NCBI RefSeq assembly: GCF_009914755.1 | Contig: NC_060926.1 | DNA from: the human T2T-CHM13v2.0 reference genome, Homo sapiens | DNA: 64,000 nucleotides | Strand: one strand, 5' to 3' | Shown: positions 27,131 through 41,581 of the stretch, piece by piece | How the letters are laid out: each line of letters opens with the position of its first letter | How positions within the stretch are numbered: the first letter of the stretch is position 1 | Translations under genes and position numbers: made by a program | The notes under the pieces: model-generated | Seen by the model: the letters and a program-made list of their open reading frames with translations, nothing else | Databases searched by the model: none | Told to the model about the DNA's origin: nothing

Positions 27131-28386
27131 ATACTTATTTAACTGGGGTTGTATATAGTAGATCCTTAATTTTGTAATTTTAGGACTTTTGTTGGTCAGA
27201 TTTGAGAGACCCTGGAAACTATGCCCTCTCTCATAGAGGAGCGATCTGGATAGATACAAGTTTATTTTTAAAATATCAAAGCCTCACTCTCAAACAAATG
27301 TATCCCCTGTTTATTCTAAATCTCTATTTTTTAATTGTTAAGGAAAATAGCTAATCATTAACTTTAGTAAAAGAGAATTTCTTTCCTCAGGAATCCTTAA
27401 TCAATTGTCATCTTCTCCTCTCTCCATCTATTTCATCATTCATGGATCCTTCTGCATTTCCTAGTCTATGATTTCATAACATTATTTTCAACCACCCTCC
27501 CTATTATGCTTCCCCAGACATCCATGCTGTTGGTTACAGAAACTCAAAGTTACATTTCCCACATACCAGTTGAATGTAATTAAATATAAGAGTCAGAATG
27601 AGACTGGATTCAAATCCTGATTCACTTTGGCAAGCTACCTAACCTAATAGTCTCTATTTATTTAATTAAAATATGGGGTAAGAACACCCACCTCTCGAGG
27701 CTTCAGTGACAATGCCTGCAGGTAAAGCACTTCTCATGCAACATGCATCTTATGAGTAACCATCATTGATTGTTAACATCTCTTGAGCCAGATCACATCT
27801 AGTTATAGTCCCATAAGTGAAGAGCACAAGAATGAGATGTGGTTCATACGTAACAGAGCCCTTATACATAGTACCGATGATGGTTGTGCTCCACAATTTT
27901 CCCAAAATAGCAGAGTCACCCTCATCCAGACTGTAGGAGCTACTCCTAGGACTTCAGAGTTGTCACTGCCTATGACGTAAATGTACACTGAAGGAAATGT
28001 ACACAGTATCCTTGACTGTGAAGGAATGGGCTTGGCTTGTTTAGTCAGATGTTTACTAGGGTACATTTATTCCTCAGTTTGTCCCCGAGTCTGATGAATT
28101 TTGATTTTCTGTTCTTAGAATGTGGTAGGACATATGCCAACTCCCTTTCTAGAGTCTCATACAGAGAGGAATTTAGGAAATGCTTTTTTTTTGAACTTCA
28201 TATCAATCTATAATGTAATATATTGTTATTTAAACATAACATCTTCACTAAAACCTACCGTAAGGATAAAAGATTACAAATTCATCCCAGAACACTTTAA
28301 ATTATTTACACTTTACAGCTTTAAAATGTAAATTTTAAAGGGGAAAAAAAATCAGATGACCTTTGACTTCATCTCCTAGTCACTCA

Positions 28387-28602
<216 letters not shown>

Positions 28603-30988
28603 TTAGCTTTCATGGTTTTCTGGAATCAAATGAGGAATGCTTACATTTCTCTTCTCCGTGGAGAAGTATGCATCCTTCCCAATCATGAGCCTTAAACTGT
28701 GCCAGCCTATGGGGTGTCCAGAATGAGTCCTCTAAAACTTAGCAACACAACTACCATGGTTGTATATTTCCTTCAAAGATACTTGTCAGTTTTGTCTTTG
28801 AAGATAGTTATCAAACACAGACTTCATAGGCCAAGATTTTAGAAGTATTAATGTAATCTTGGAAATCAAAGAAATAATTTCTCTAATAGTTAAGAAGGGG
28901 GAGTTGTGGTATAAAAAAAATGATGATGACAACAATAAATGCGGCTTTGGATATCTTTCCATCTCAGCTTAACACAATACTCCTGGACTGCAAGTTTATT
29001 TCCTTCTTTAAGGACTTTGACTTCTGCATCATATGCTTTGCATTTCCCATAGCACCCGGCACAGTCTTGCTCACAATGACTGTAAATCATTGTGGAATGG
29101 ACTGCAGTATGAATGAATGCTAACATTTAAAACTTCAGAGGAAGAAACAGGTTGCATTGGAAAACGGGCATGTCATTGGGCATTCTATATACTAACAAGT
29201 TTAACTCCCTTGTATCTGCAATCTTCACAGGCTACCATCTACCCTACACAGAGCTGTGTGCACAATCTCTGTAAAGCTCTGTAAAGCGCTCTCATTTCTG
29301 CTTGTTAATCAAGAGGAGCTCCTTATAGCTCATCTCAATTCATTTAAATATGTCATCTTTGCACCATCTACACAACTCCTGGACATGGATACTCTCCAAT
29401 AACTTATTCCCTCCCCAGCCCATCTCTCCACTCATCTGCTTACTGTCCCTGCACAGGATAGGACAAGTTCTGCTTACATGCCTTTGCTAATGTTTTCCTT
29501 CTACTTAGGGAGGTCAGTCAAAAGAACTTTCGTTTTAAACAAAACACTATAACATTCTAACTTTAAACAGGAAAATGCATTCATGCATTTCTTGAGCTAG
29601 CAAATATTTTTTCACATGTGAAATGCCTTGCTCCTCTCAATTATATTAAATTTGGTAGATTAAGAGCTTGCCTTAATATTAGGTATATATATCAAGTTCC
29701 CTAACCCCAAGATTAAACAAGATTATTTTTTAAAATAGAAAAAAAAAAAGACCTTAAAAGAGAGGAAAAGGAAAATAACTGAACAGAAATATGTATTAAA
29801 TTTACCATTTTTTAAAACCTTTTCTAATGGAGATCAAATCGTTACTTACTAGGAAGTCAAAGAAGATAAAAATATCACTCAAAAGGATGCTTTTTTAGCA
29901 TTGGAGCCGAAGCCTAAAACAAATTAGTGTCACGAATGAATTGACTTCATTTGTTACAATTATTTTACTTGAAAAGAAATCAGATAACACATCTGGAATT
30001 TTAAAATATGTATCTTTTCCTTTCTTTGTGCTTTTATGTGTGGTTTTCATGAAACTGTGAATATAGTGGATCAAAGCTGTGTCTGATACTAATATCTGGG
30101 TCCTGCCTTCCTCTCCCCACTTTTTTTTTCTCGCTGGTAACAACAGAGACATTATGTCCCTGACCTTCAATGTCTTTTTCCGTATAATGGAACAACAGAA
30201 CTTACTATATGGGTTTGTTGTGTGAATAAAATAAGGCAAATGATGCCAAGCACCTGGCATTCGGCAGGTCCCTGCACTAGTGTTGTTTCATTTTGTTTTT
30301 AATATAGGAAATGATGCAAGCCAGGACAGGAAGAGCCTGACATTATGGCATCATGGGTGACGCTAGGGCAATTTTAGAAAAATTAAAGTAGGGTGTATTC
30401 CTAATGATTATAAAAAATATTTTACAAAGCTGTCATATTTGGAATTCATGTGAGTTCACATTCACTATTCAAAGACTTGTGACTTCCTAACTTTCTCAAA
30501 GACTTGAAGTTTTTAATAGCGAACGCTCTCCTCTATCACTTCTCTTCACCAAAAAGGGGAATAGAAAATAGCCGGCAGTAATATTTCAGGAACTAAAGGA
30601 AGAGAAACATGAGGCAGCCAGTGGGAGCTGGGGTAAGGGAACTGTCACGACTGTTAATGCCCATCTCTTGCTTGTTAAAATGTCCAGGAGGTTAAGGATG
30701 AAAATGCAGACTTAAGAATTCCTTTGAAATTCCCTTGGAGTTCAGAGAAGCAAAACAAAAGAAAATCTATACACCATTATGTCAGAAAAGGAGTATCTCC
30801 CTTCTCTATTAAGAAGATGTGAGAAAACACAGGTTGGGTTTTGTGGCTGTACAGTGAAAGGAGGAAATAGTAAACAGTGATCCAGGAAGAGGGAAAGGAC
30901 GCATTTGGCTCCATTTTTCAGTAAGCTGCACTGAGAAAAATATATATGACTCAATACTTCTAAATTGCTCCCTTCTCTTGAATACTTA

Positions 30989-31141
<153 letters not shown>

Positions 31142-32444
31142 TCATTTCTAGAGTTTAACAATTTGTTAAATGAGAGTAGAAAAGGAAAATGAACTGCTTG
31201 GATTCAGCACATTTTTAAGATATAACATTTTCTTTCAGGTTAAAATACTAGTTAATGTTAAAACATAAAGTTGTTTCTAATGTATCTATTAAATACATTG
31301 GTGCCTAGTAACATAAAAGTGCATCTTAGAATTTCTAATGTTTTGTTTTTATGATTCTGTTCTTTGGCATCCGATCTACTTATCTAGTTTGTTTATGGCT
31401 TATGTTCTAAGTTTTCCTCCAAAATGTTTTCCTCTTCTTGAATTTCCTTGAAGCTGTTTAGGATTTTTAGTTGGCCCCAACTCTATTTTAGAATTCTGAT
31501 TTAATAACATTTTTGTAATTCTTATTGCCATCCCAGACCGCAAAGCTGAGTTCCCATTTTCAGCTCTGTGTTTCACAGAATGAGATCGGGTTTATATGGA
31601 GCAAACTGTTGCGTACATTCTGTATGATCTCCCACGGGTCTGTCTCATTCTCTGTGCTTGATTTAACATCAGTTTAATAAAATTTGTCCCTAAATAATGA
31701 GTCAGTTTCCTTCGTTCCCAAATAAAAGATGAGTTATACTAATAGATCTATAAAAAAGTGTTTTTCCACATTTAAATAAAATTATTCCAGATTCAGTAGA
31801 TTTAAACTGTAGGCAAAAAAATTCTTATCTCTAGAGCTATTTTTATCTAACATTTATCTTCCTTTTTGTTTATGTTTGTTACGATTATTTTACTTGAAAA
31901 GAAAAGAAAGATTTGGGAGTAAAATATATAGATAGATTTATCTTCAATTTATATTTTGCTGACTATTGTTATGCCTTCTGATTAAATGTGCTTGTAAGAG
32001 CAAAATTTAAGTCTCTATTATAATTTCAATAGAACACCAAACTATCAGTTGACCATGATATTTTTAATGAATATGCAAAACCCATCATTTGATCTCTGCT
32101 TTGTTTGAATTGGCATTAGTTGATGGGAAGGTGTTTTAGTCCCACTTTTTTGGAGATGTATAGTCTTTGGTTTGGGGGGTTCTTTCTATTCACAGAGTCC
32201 CACCTTCCCGGCTCCCTCCTCCCTGACCTACCTTTCATCCCTCCTTTCTGTACTTTGAATGGCTATAACCACCTCCCCATCCCCACAGCTCCATCCTACA
32301 TCCTGTCTCAAGTCACCCGTCTACTAATGTGGCTTCCGTGACCCTAAAACCTGCAGGGGCTCCCCAGTGTTCATGACTGAAATAGAATGTCACATCTCAG
32401 TATTCAGTGCCTTCTGTACCAGGTTGTCAATGTTAGCTCTGGAA

Positions 32445-32620
32445 AACTCTAAGCTCTTGCCCCTCACGTGTGGCTCAAGGGTAAGCAGCACTAGCATCAC
32501 CTAGAAGCTTAATACAAATCCAGAAACCTGGACCTTCCTTGACCTGCTGGGTCAGAATGTGCATCTTAATATAAGGTCCCAGGAGACTCACATGCACATT
32601 CAGTTTGAGTAGCACTGATG
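32445..32620. mobile_element. MER5A-like hAT-Charlie DNA transposon
   Basis: gcagcactagcatcacctagaagctt...tcagaatgtgcatctt...cccaggagactcacatgcaca...agtttgagtagcactg. Confidence 0.7.
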
Positions 32621-33290
32621 TAAACTGTTTTTCACGAGGATGCTATACTTTCCTGTGCTTTTCCTGATATTTAAAATTAGATGTGTTGAATCTTTTCTAT
32701 TATCCTAAATTTTTTTAAAAGCCTAAAATGAATCAATCCTAATATAACAGATTCCTCCCTCCCCTATAAGCTGTTAGCCCTTAGTGGAAAAAATAAAGAA
32801 AAACAAACAATAAATAACAAGATTTTCTACTCAAAGAAACCCATTGTTCTTACTGGTCTCTGAACATAATCCATGATTACACAATCAAGCCGGGACCACA
32901 CTATGGGAGGTCAGCAGGGTTTGGAAAAGTTCAAAATTTATCTTCTGAGACTGAAGTTTCAATATTTTATAGCCAACACGAATTGTTTTATACAACTATC
33001 TCAGATATCCTTGACCTCTTTGGGTTAAAGGTGAAATATGCTAGGATGTCATTAAGTTAAACACACAATTAATATTAGTAGAATAATAGAGTCACTAATG
33101 GGATAAAAGTGAACTAACGATAGAGCATGTTCTCCAAATCCCTTCCTTTTTGACAGAATAAGTTTTATGTAGAATGGTATTATATTTTAAGACAAAAGGA
33201 TGTAAAATTAGTATTTCTTGTGACAAAACATTTCATGGAGAAATAACCTTTTAAATTAGATTTATATATAACATGAAATACATATTTTCA

Positions 33291-33488
<198 letters not shown>

Positions 33489-33701
33489 TCATTACAATGT
33501 GAAAAATGTGGATTATGTAGTGCAATAATGAGCAAACATGAAATTCACTGATCGGACTACACATACTTCAGGTTATAAGGCTTGTGTTCAACTCATTGTC
33601 AAGACACAAAGCCAAAGAAAATCACACAATGCTAAGTACATGTTAGACTTATGCAACACACTTTCTTAGAAACAAATGAAGAGTAAAATATGAGAAAATA
33701 C

Positions 33702-33749
33702 CTTTATCATTCACGCTGCTGTGTAGAGTATAGAGGGGCAGACCAGGAC
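33702..33749 (-). CDS. DPP4: DPP4 exon 17
   Basis: (G)PGLPLYTLHSSVNDK; 48 nt. Confidence 0.99.
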
Positions 33750-34439
33750 CTGTTAACACAATGGGGGAAAAATGTTTTGGATGAATACTTTTTTAGAAAA
33801 GATAGTATAGATGACTTTTCAAAAATACCATTTGTTACCATTTAACTTTGATAGAATATATAAATATTATAATGCATAAGAAGTTTAATACATGTTAGCT
33901 GTTTCTCCTCCCCCTCTCTTTAAAATAGTTGCAATTTCAGTGTAAGAAGTATTACTGGAAAGGCACAGGGCTCAGTAGAATGAAGTAGGAAATGAATCTG
34001 TGCCCTGCTGGGCACCTTGGGCACATTATCATCTCTGAACTTAATATACTCATCTGCAAAGTAAAATGTGAGCTGACATCCTTCCCCACTCTAAATCCGT
34101 GATCCCACAGGGTTTTTCAGGCTCTGCCCAGGTGGGCTGCAGAGCCCTGTAGCCAGCCTCCCTAGGGAGGGACAGATCTCCCCCCGCTGCCCCCACTCCC
34201 ATGGAGTCCCAGAGCCAGGCGGCACATCTGCACAGTGCCTGACTTGGATAAGCCATTCCTTTCTGGCATGCAAAAGTGTTTTTCTCACAAGCCCATATCG
34301 TCACTGTTTATCCCAACTGTGGTAGTTGCAGAGTGGAAGGTAATGTATAGAAAAGCTATTTTGTGAGCTCTTTAATTTTATGTGTTTGGATGATAATATT
34401 AATTTTTATACTGGATTAGAAAGAGTGAAGGCACTTTCC

Positions 34440-34635
34440 ATACCTGGGGATGAATCCTGGCTCACTAGCTCTGTGACTTAGGACAACAGAACTGTGCTTT
34501 GATTTCCTCACATAGAAAATGAGGATAATAATATCTACTTGATAGAGATTTCTTAAAGATTAAACAAGATCATGAATATAAAGCTTTTAGCACAGTGCTT
34601 AGAATAAAGCGCATGCCCAAGAAATAATTGCTAAA
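34440..34635 (+). mobile_element. MIR SINE
   Basis: gaatcctggctcactagctctgtgacttagg...tttcctcacatagaaaatgaggataataat...ttagcacagtgc. Confidence 0.8.
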
Positions 34636-35248
34636 AAAAAAAAGTCAGTCATAGTAAAGAACCATAAAGAAAAGCATAATAATAAAATATACTAGTGAGG
34701 GAAGACTCAGATAACTGGTTTGAAAACATTTATTTATTTTTGTGCTATGGACAGTTCTTTTCAGAATATCCAGATCCTTTCTCCCATTTTGAGAAGTAAC
34801 CTGGCACACTGTTTAAAAGGGATGGCTCGGGCGGCAGAGGCCTGTTTTGAATCCTGTTGTGCCTGTAACTCGCTGTGTGACCACCTGCATAAGTCACTTG
34901 GCCACTCCTTGCCTGGGTTTCTTCATTTGTAATTAATAATAGCAACAGCAACAGAAGATGGAGCAGTGAGCATGTTGGGTGACACGCACCAGCCACATAC
35001 ATTTTCTCATTGAAAGGGACGAGTGCATAAAATAATCATTTAAAACCCCACAATATGTATGTATTTAACGCTGAAGTGCTTCTGTTATACACAAGGGTGT
35101 GTGTTTGTGCATGTGTGAGTGTGTTCGGTCTAAGGCAAGCTATGCAAGTCTCTCAGTGATAAGGGGAAGAAAAGATTGTTTATGCTCACTACTTAAATGT
35201 GAGTGGAGAGAAGGGGACTTAGGTGATTTCAAGAGCTCCTCAGATTCA

Positions 35249-35554
<306 letters not shown>

Positions 35555-35816
35555 TTAGGACTTTTTTTTTTTTAGCATGAAATAAATACATGAATTAATA
35601 GTAACCTCAAACCTTCCATTGTTTGGAAATATCACAAAACATCGAATAAAGCCATTCTCTCTTGTGGACATGTAGATTGATTTATGAAGGAATAAAAAGT
35701 GCTCAATAGCAATACCAGTTTAATATTAGTTAGGACAAGGCAAAAAATAAAAATAGAGTTCAGAAATTGTTCGTCAGCTAAAATGACTCAAGTCAACAAC
35801 TTGACAGAGCTCTTAC

Positions 35817-35870
35817 TTATAAAGATTCCTTCCTCCTGGCATTCCTTTATATTCATTACTAATGTAGTAT
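35817..35870 (-). CDS. DPP4: DPP4 exon 15
   Basis: YYISNEYKGMPGGRNLY; 54 nt. Confidence 0.99.
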
Positions 35871-35924
35871 CTAGGAAGAGAAAAAAATGAAATATATATT
35901 AATTATGTTTTTTAAGAAGTCAGA

Positions 35925-36350
35925 GGCGATCCACCGCACTCAGACCCCAAGCCTAAGTGTGCACGGAGCGCGCGCACGGGTGCCCGCCGCCCTCCGCCAT
36001 CGCTTCCGTGTCCCTCACCCCCGAGAAGCCATTTTTCTCCGTCATCTCTACACATAAAGGTCTTGTTCTTAACAGACTAAAATATGTAAAACCAGAGATT
36101 TCTTCCTTAATTAGAGTGACAAGTAAAAACACAAAAGAAGGCTTCTGTCAAAAAAAAAATAGGACTAGGCAGCTAGCCTGAAATTGAGACCCCACTCATT
36201 GATCCCGATCGTTGTATTTTCTGTCTTATAACATAAGCTACTAGATGGCAGGAGCCCCATGTTCCTGAGAGCAGCAGAGCCACTGCTAAAGAGGGGCTTC
36301 AAAAGCTACTTCGGGCGGCGGCAAAATTCCTCCGCGATTAGACCAATAAA
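35925..36350. promoter_or_regulatory. Candidate intragenic regulatory element (CpG cluster, GC boxes, CTCF-like motif, CCAAT)
   Basis: ~14 CpGs in 35927-36041 in an otherwise CpG-poor locus; CTACTAGATGGCAG at 36238-36251; GGGCGG at 36313; CCAAT at 36343. Confidence 0.5.
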
Positions 36351-36821
36351 GAATCATAAAAGTGCCTCAGATTCTAATGAAAAATAACACCCCCTTTTCT
36401 ACCAACTCATATATGGCAGTTAGCCTCTGCAAAGCTTTCCATTTTGCAAAGAGTAAGGCCGGGACATGGACAGATAAAATTGCCTTTCCAAGCCTTCCAA
36501 AAAATCAGTGCCAGCTGAAATTTAACAAAATGCCCCTCATTGCTAGTTCGGCGTTCCACAACGTTCATGTAAAAGAGGATACAGCTCTTGTAATGTAAAG
36601 CAGGTAAGAGCAAGAGGTAGAGCTGCCTGGTGGCATGGTATCAAATCTGCTAAGCATATGTGAAAATCATTAAGGCTTCCGTATGTTAAAAAGAAAAAAA
36701 GTATTGAACACATTCCAAAAAGACTACTCTTTATTTGTAGGAGATTTTTTCCCTACTTCTGGGCAAAGAGGGCATGATTATGACAAGTAGGTTTATATCC
36801 TATCAATTGTTACAATACTCA

Positions 36822-36950
<129 letters not shown>

Positions 36951-37145
36951 TCAAAGTGGAGGATTAAATCATTTATATCAGGAATTCAAATAACCTTGGA
37001 TTTTCTTGTTGGGTTTCCCCACCTCGTTCCACATGACACAATACACCACTGAGGAGTTTAAATTAATCTGATTTTTATACACATTGATCCACCTTACCAA
37101 ATGATTTCCACTACAAGTTGGTTTCCAAAAAAAAAAAAGAGGTCA

Positions 37146-37283
<138 letters not shown>

Positions 37284-39349
37284 CTAGAAAATAATAGAGA
37301 ACAAAAGAACATTAAAGCACAGTGTCTCATCTCAGTACCAACTTTAGTTTTAGAAAGTCCTGTCCAATACCTACGCTCAAAAATCCATGCTCCATTTATA
37401 TGCCAAATTAAAATTAGTGTCTCAAAAAGAAAATTATCTTTCTATAAAATGTGAACAAAAACACCATACTCATAGGTAATTTTCGTGAGCAGTAAATGAG
37501 AGAATGTATATAAAGAGGCTTGTAGAAAACAATAAATAGAAGTTGTTGTGATTTGGAGACATCTTTTCTCTATGGATGATAACTATGACTTCTGGCTGCA
37601 AGCACCTGGAAAATAGCATTAACCTTTCAGTTTGGAGCAGTAAATTTCCTCAGTGTCACAAATGTGCTCTCTTGAAACAGACATATTATTTTATATTGTT
37701 TCAGGTTGGGGGTGGTTTGCAATTTGGGGATATTTTTCTTTCCTGTTTTTACACATATTTCTTTTTGAAACTCAGACTTAGTATTTAACCATTTCTGGAC
37801 TACATACTATAAGGAATGTCTGTTGTATATTTCATATGAAAACATTCATATAGTTATTATTATAAGCCTTTTCATTTTGTTAAATATGATCAACAATTTA
37901 CAAAAAATATTTGTATAGAAATATAGAACAAATTTCCATTTTTTTACAGTTCAATAAAAGATAGTACTCAGAACATAATGCAGTTTAAGTAGAAGAGAGT
38001 CTATCCCAGCCTGAAAGGAATATGTTGGTTTACGATTTTGATTTCCTAGCTACATTTGAGAGCAGGTAGGAGATGGTCTTTTAAAATTGTTGGTTCACTT
38101 CGCCCTCGATGTTTCCTCTCTCATCAGCTCCCATTTTGGGAAGGAAGAAAAATGCTTCCCTCTTCTATTTAGTGATTCAAAGCGAATTCATTTATGGAGC
38201 AAGCTGAGGCGTGCGGTACACTTGGTGTTCTCATTACAGAGCTTTGAAACACATTCCCCTCTCTAGACCTGTGTTCACAGCCTTATCTTTTTAATACATT
38301 TCCCTGTTTCCCCTGGATGGAGTTGTGCCTAGTAGAAATGTGTGAAAAGTGGCATCTGTCTGGTTAAATACAGAGAGGAAAAAACATATTTTTTTCAAAG
38401 AGTCGTGAGGAAGTGTAGCGTGTCTCTTGCCATGGAGGAAACCACTTTTCATGTTGGCAAACCTCTCCCCTCTGCCCAATCAATGCCTGAAGAAAAAGGA
38501 CGTGTGAATGCTGCCGGAGCTCTGAGCCCAGCTAGAAGGGGTTGTCTTCTTGGACTGGGGACCTCACCTCTATGATCCAAGAGGTATAAAATCTTTACAT
38601 TTTGGGGGTCACTTTATTTCCCTCTTAAAGGGGGCTTAATAGAAGTGATCATAAAAATTAAGTGAGATTCATTCCTCATCTACCATGCAAGGTGACATGA
38701 TGACTGGAGTTCCTTCATCAACTCATTACATTCTATGGCCATAGCAATCTGGGTGGTAATTCTGTGCAATGTGTATATAACTCAGTGGGACTGAGAAGCA
38801 TGACAAGTCCCTGAGGGTCACCACACTTTCCTGGATAAAGCTCTGCATCTGGACGCCTAATAAAGCATAAGCCTGCAAGTATGATTTCCTCCAAAGAGAG
38901 GTGCATAGTGGGCACTGTGTGGTTGCTGCTGAGTTTTTCTGCTTGTTATAGTGACCTCTCCTTAGGTAACTGTGCAGGCTGGGGACAGAACCTGTGTTTT
39001 CTGTCTTTAAAGCACATAACTTCAAATGTGAGGTCACTGGATACCTTGGCCAACTTTCAGCCATGGTTACCCTTTAACTTGCTGGGAGTTACAACTTGCC
39101 AGGAGTGCGCTATGTTTTGTCTGCTCTGCTTTTGATTTTTCACTTGTCCCCTTACTTTTTCCAACTGTGTGTGTTATATATTCTCTACAAAAAGATATCT
39201 TTATAGGGAGCATTTACATATTTTGAGAAATAGGTTAACTAATATTGCTATTAATAACGTATCACTTAGAGCCCTAGTTTTAAATAGCTGCATATCAAAT
39301 AGCTGAGTAGCTGACTCATCCATAAAACCCCACAACTTATAACACTTAC

Positions 39350-39394
39350 TCTTCCAACCCAGCCAGTAGTACTCATTTCAATGTGTTGCCGTGC
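39350..39394 (-). CDS. DPP4: DPP4 exon 12
   Basis: ARQHIEMSTTGWVGR; 45 nt. Confidence 0.99.
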
Positions 39395-39599
39395 CTAGGA
39401 AGGGAAAGAGACAATGACAGCATTTCAAAGAGAAGTCAGATGAAATCTATAGCCATAATTTGTGGTAATATAAATAGAGCTGTACTTATAATAACTGAGA
39501 GCTATCTCCATTCATATATTTCTATTTATGTTAGTACTTTTCAAGTCATTACATTAGATCATTTGACTCTCTTGCCTAAAGTTATATCCTGGGTCCTTC

Positions 39600-40300
39600 T
39601 GGAAGCTCCACTGGTGTTTTAAATCCAGCATGCACAAAACTAAAGAGAATTTCATTTGTTTTCCTCTGTCCCACCAGCCTGTTCTACTCCCTCATTCTTC
39701 TTCTAGTTAGTGGCACCTATTCACCCAAGCCAGAGACCTGGGGGTCATTCTAGATTCCTGCCCTCCTCATAATCACCTCCTTCAGCCCCTGTCACCTAGT
39801 TCTTTGACTTCTCTGTCCTTCTCTACAGCTAAGGGCTTTGTTCATGTCCTCAGCAGGTTGCCCAGGGTCTGTTGCCAGAATCTCCTTGTTGGAGATCCTG
39901 CTGCTCTTCTCTGCTGACCTTAGTTAGCAATAGATAGGCCTGTCCCATTGTGATAGTCTTTTCTTTAAAACCTTGAAACAACTCCCCATTTCTTACGAGA
40001 TAAGTCCAAACTCCAGGAATGGCACCTGAGCCTTTGCCTATATCTCTAGCCTCATTGCTCCCCACTACACCTCTCCCCCAGTCCCTAGTTCCTGCATGTT
40101 CCAAGCTATTCACACTGGATGCCTTTGCACAGCCCTCTGCTTCTATGGCGTTCTGTCCTTATCTGCTCAGCACACGGCAACTTACCCCAGGCTACTCTAT
40201 AGCTCTCCCACATCATCTCCTTCCCCAGTCTGCCTGCCCTTAGTAGAGCTGATCATCTTCTTTTGCACTCTATTCCCTCTGTACCTTGGTTGAACCCTTT
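39600..40300 (+). mobile_element. L2 LINE fragment
   Basis: ggcacctattcacccaagccagagacctgggggtcattctagattcc...taaaaccttgaaacaactccccatt...gcctttgcaca; boundaries approximate. Confidence 0.65.
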
Positions 40301-41251
40301 TTAGGGTACAATGAGGTATTATGAGGATTTCATTGGCAGCAAGCAAAGAGCTTGGGTTTTGCAGTTTGAATTCTGACTGTGCCCTGTGACCTGCGCTAGC
40401 TCCTCAAACGTTGATCCTCAGCTTCCACAGTGACTTGTATACCATAAGTGGCAGCTTTTATTATTTATTTTGATAATATTCCCAACTAGAACAGAAACAT
40501 TTTGGGGGCAGGCATGCTGACTAATTCACTTTTTAAAAAAATCCATAGCTTAGCACAGAGCTTGGAACATAACAGGAATTCCATGTTTGTTACATAAATT
40601 AATAAGTGAATCAAGTTATGTGAGGCTCCAGGTCTGGGAGGTGAGAGTCTGCCCTGAGCCTAGCCAGGATGAGAGCAGGGATGGTAGGTGTGTAGGCAGA
40701 GGGTCTGTGACTAGATAAGGGGGATTGGGGAGGTATCCTTGGCATATGCCAGCAAACCTCTTCCAGGATCCACCCCTCCCAGGCTGCAGGCTCCCAGAGG
40801 GACTTTAACTTTGACCGTCATCCTAGTTGGACCTCATGGTCTCCTGGCTAGAAGCCTCCCAGCACCTCAAGGTTGGATGAACAGAGTTGGCCTCAGGATT
40901 GCCACCCTCTCAGACTGGCAGTTATTTATTTCCATTCTAAAGCTGTTTCCTGCTTAAAGACAGTGACAGTATGGTAATGGGTTTGTGGCCTCATGTATTT
41001 GTTTTGTTTCACACACACTCAGCCAGTTATTCCCCATTCCCTACATTATCTTTATTAAAACACACTCTGTTGAGCTTGCAGGTGCTGGCCCTCTTTGGTT
41101 TTTAAAATATTTACATCAGATTCTATCTTGTGGTCAGTCACCCCCTCTCCACTTCCCAAGTGATAGTATCCATAACTAAAACAGTATGACTAGTCAGTGT
41201 AGGAGAAATAGAAGCACCTCGGGATGGCAGGTTATCTAGGAGTTTTATTCA

Positions 41252-41581
<330 letters not shown>

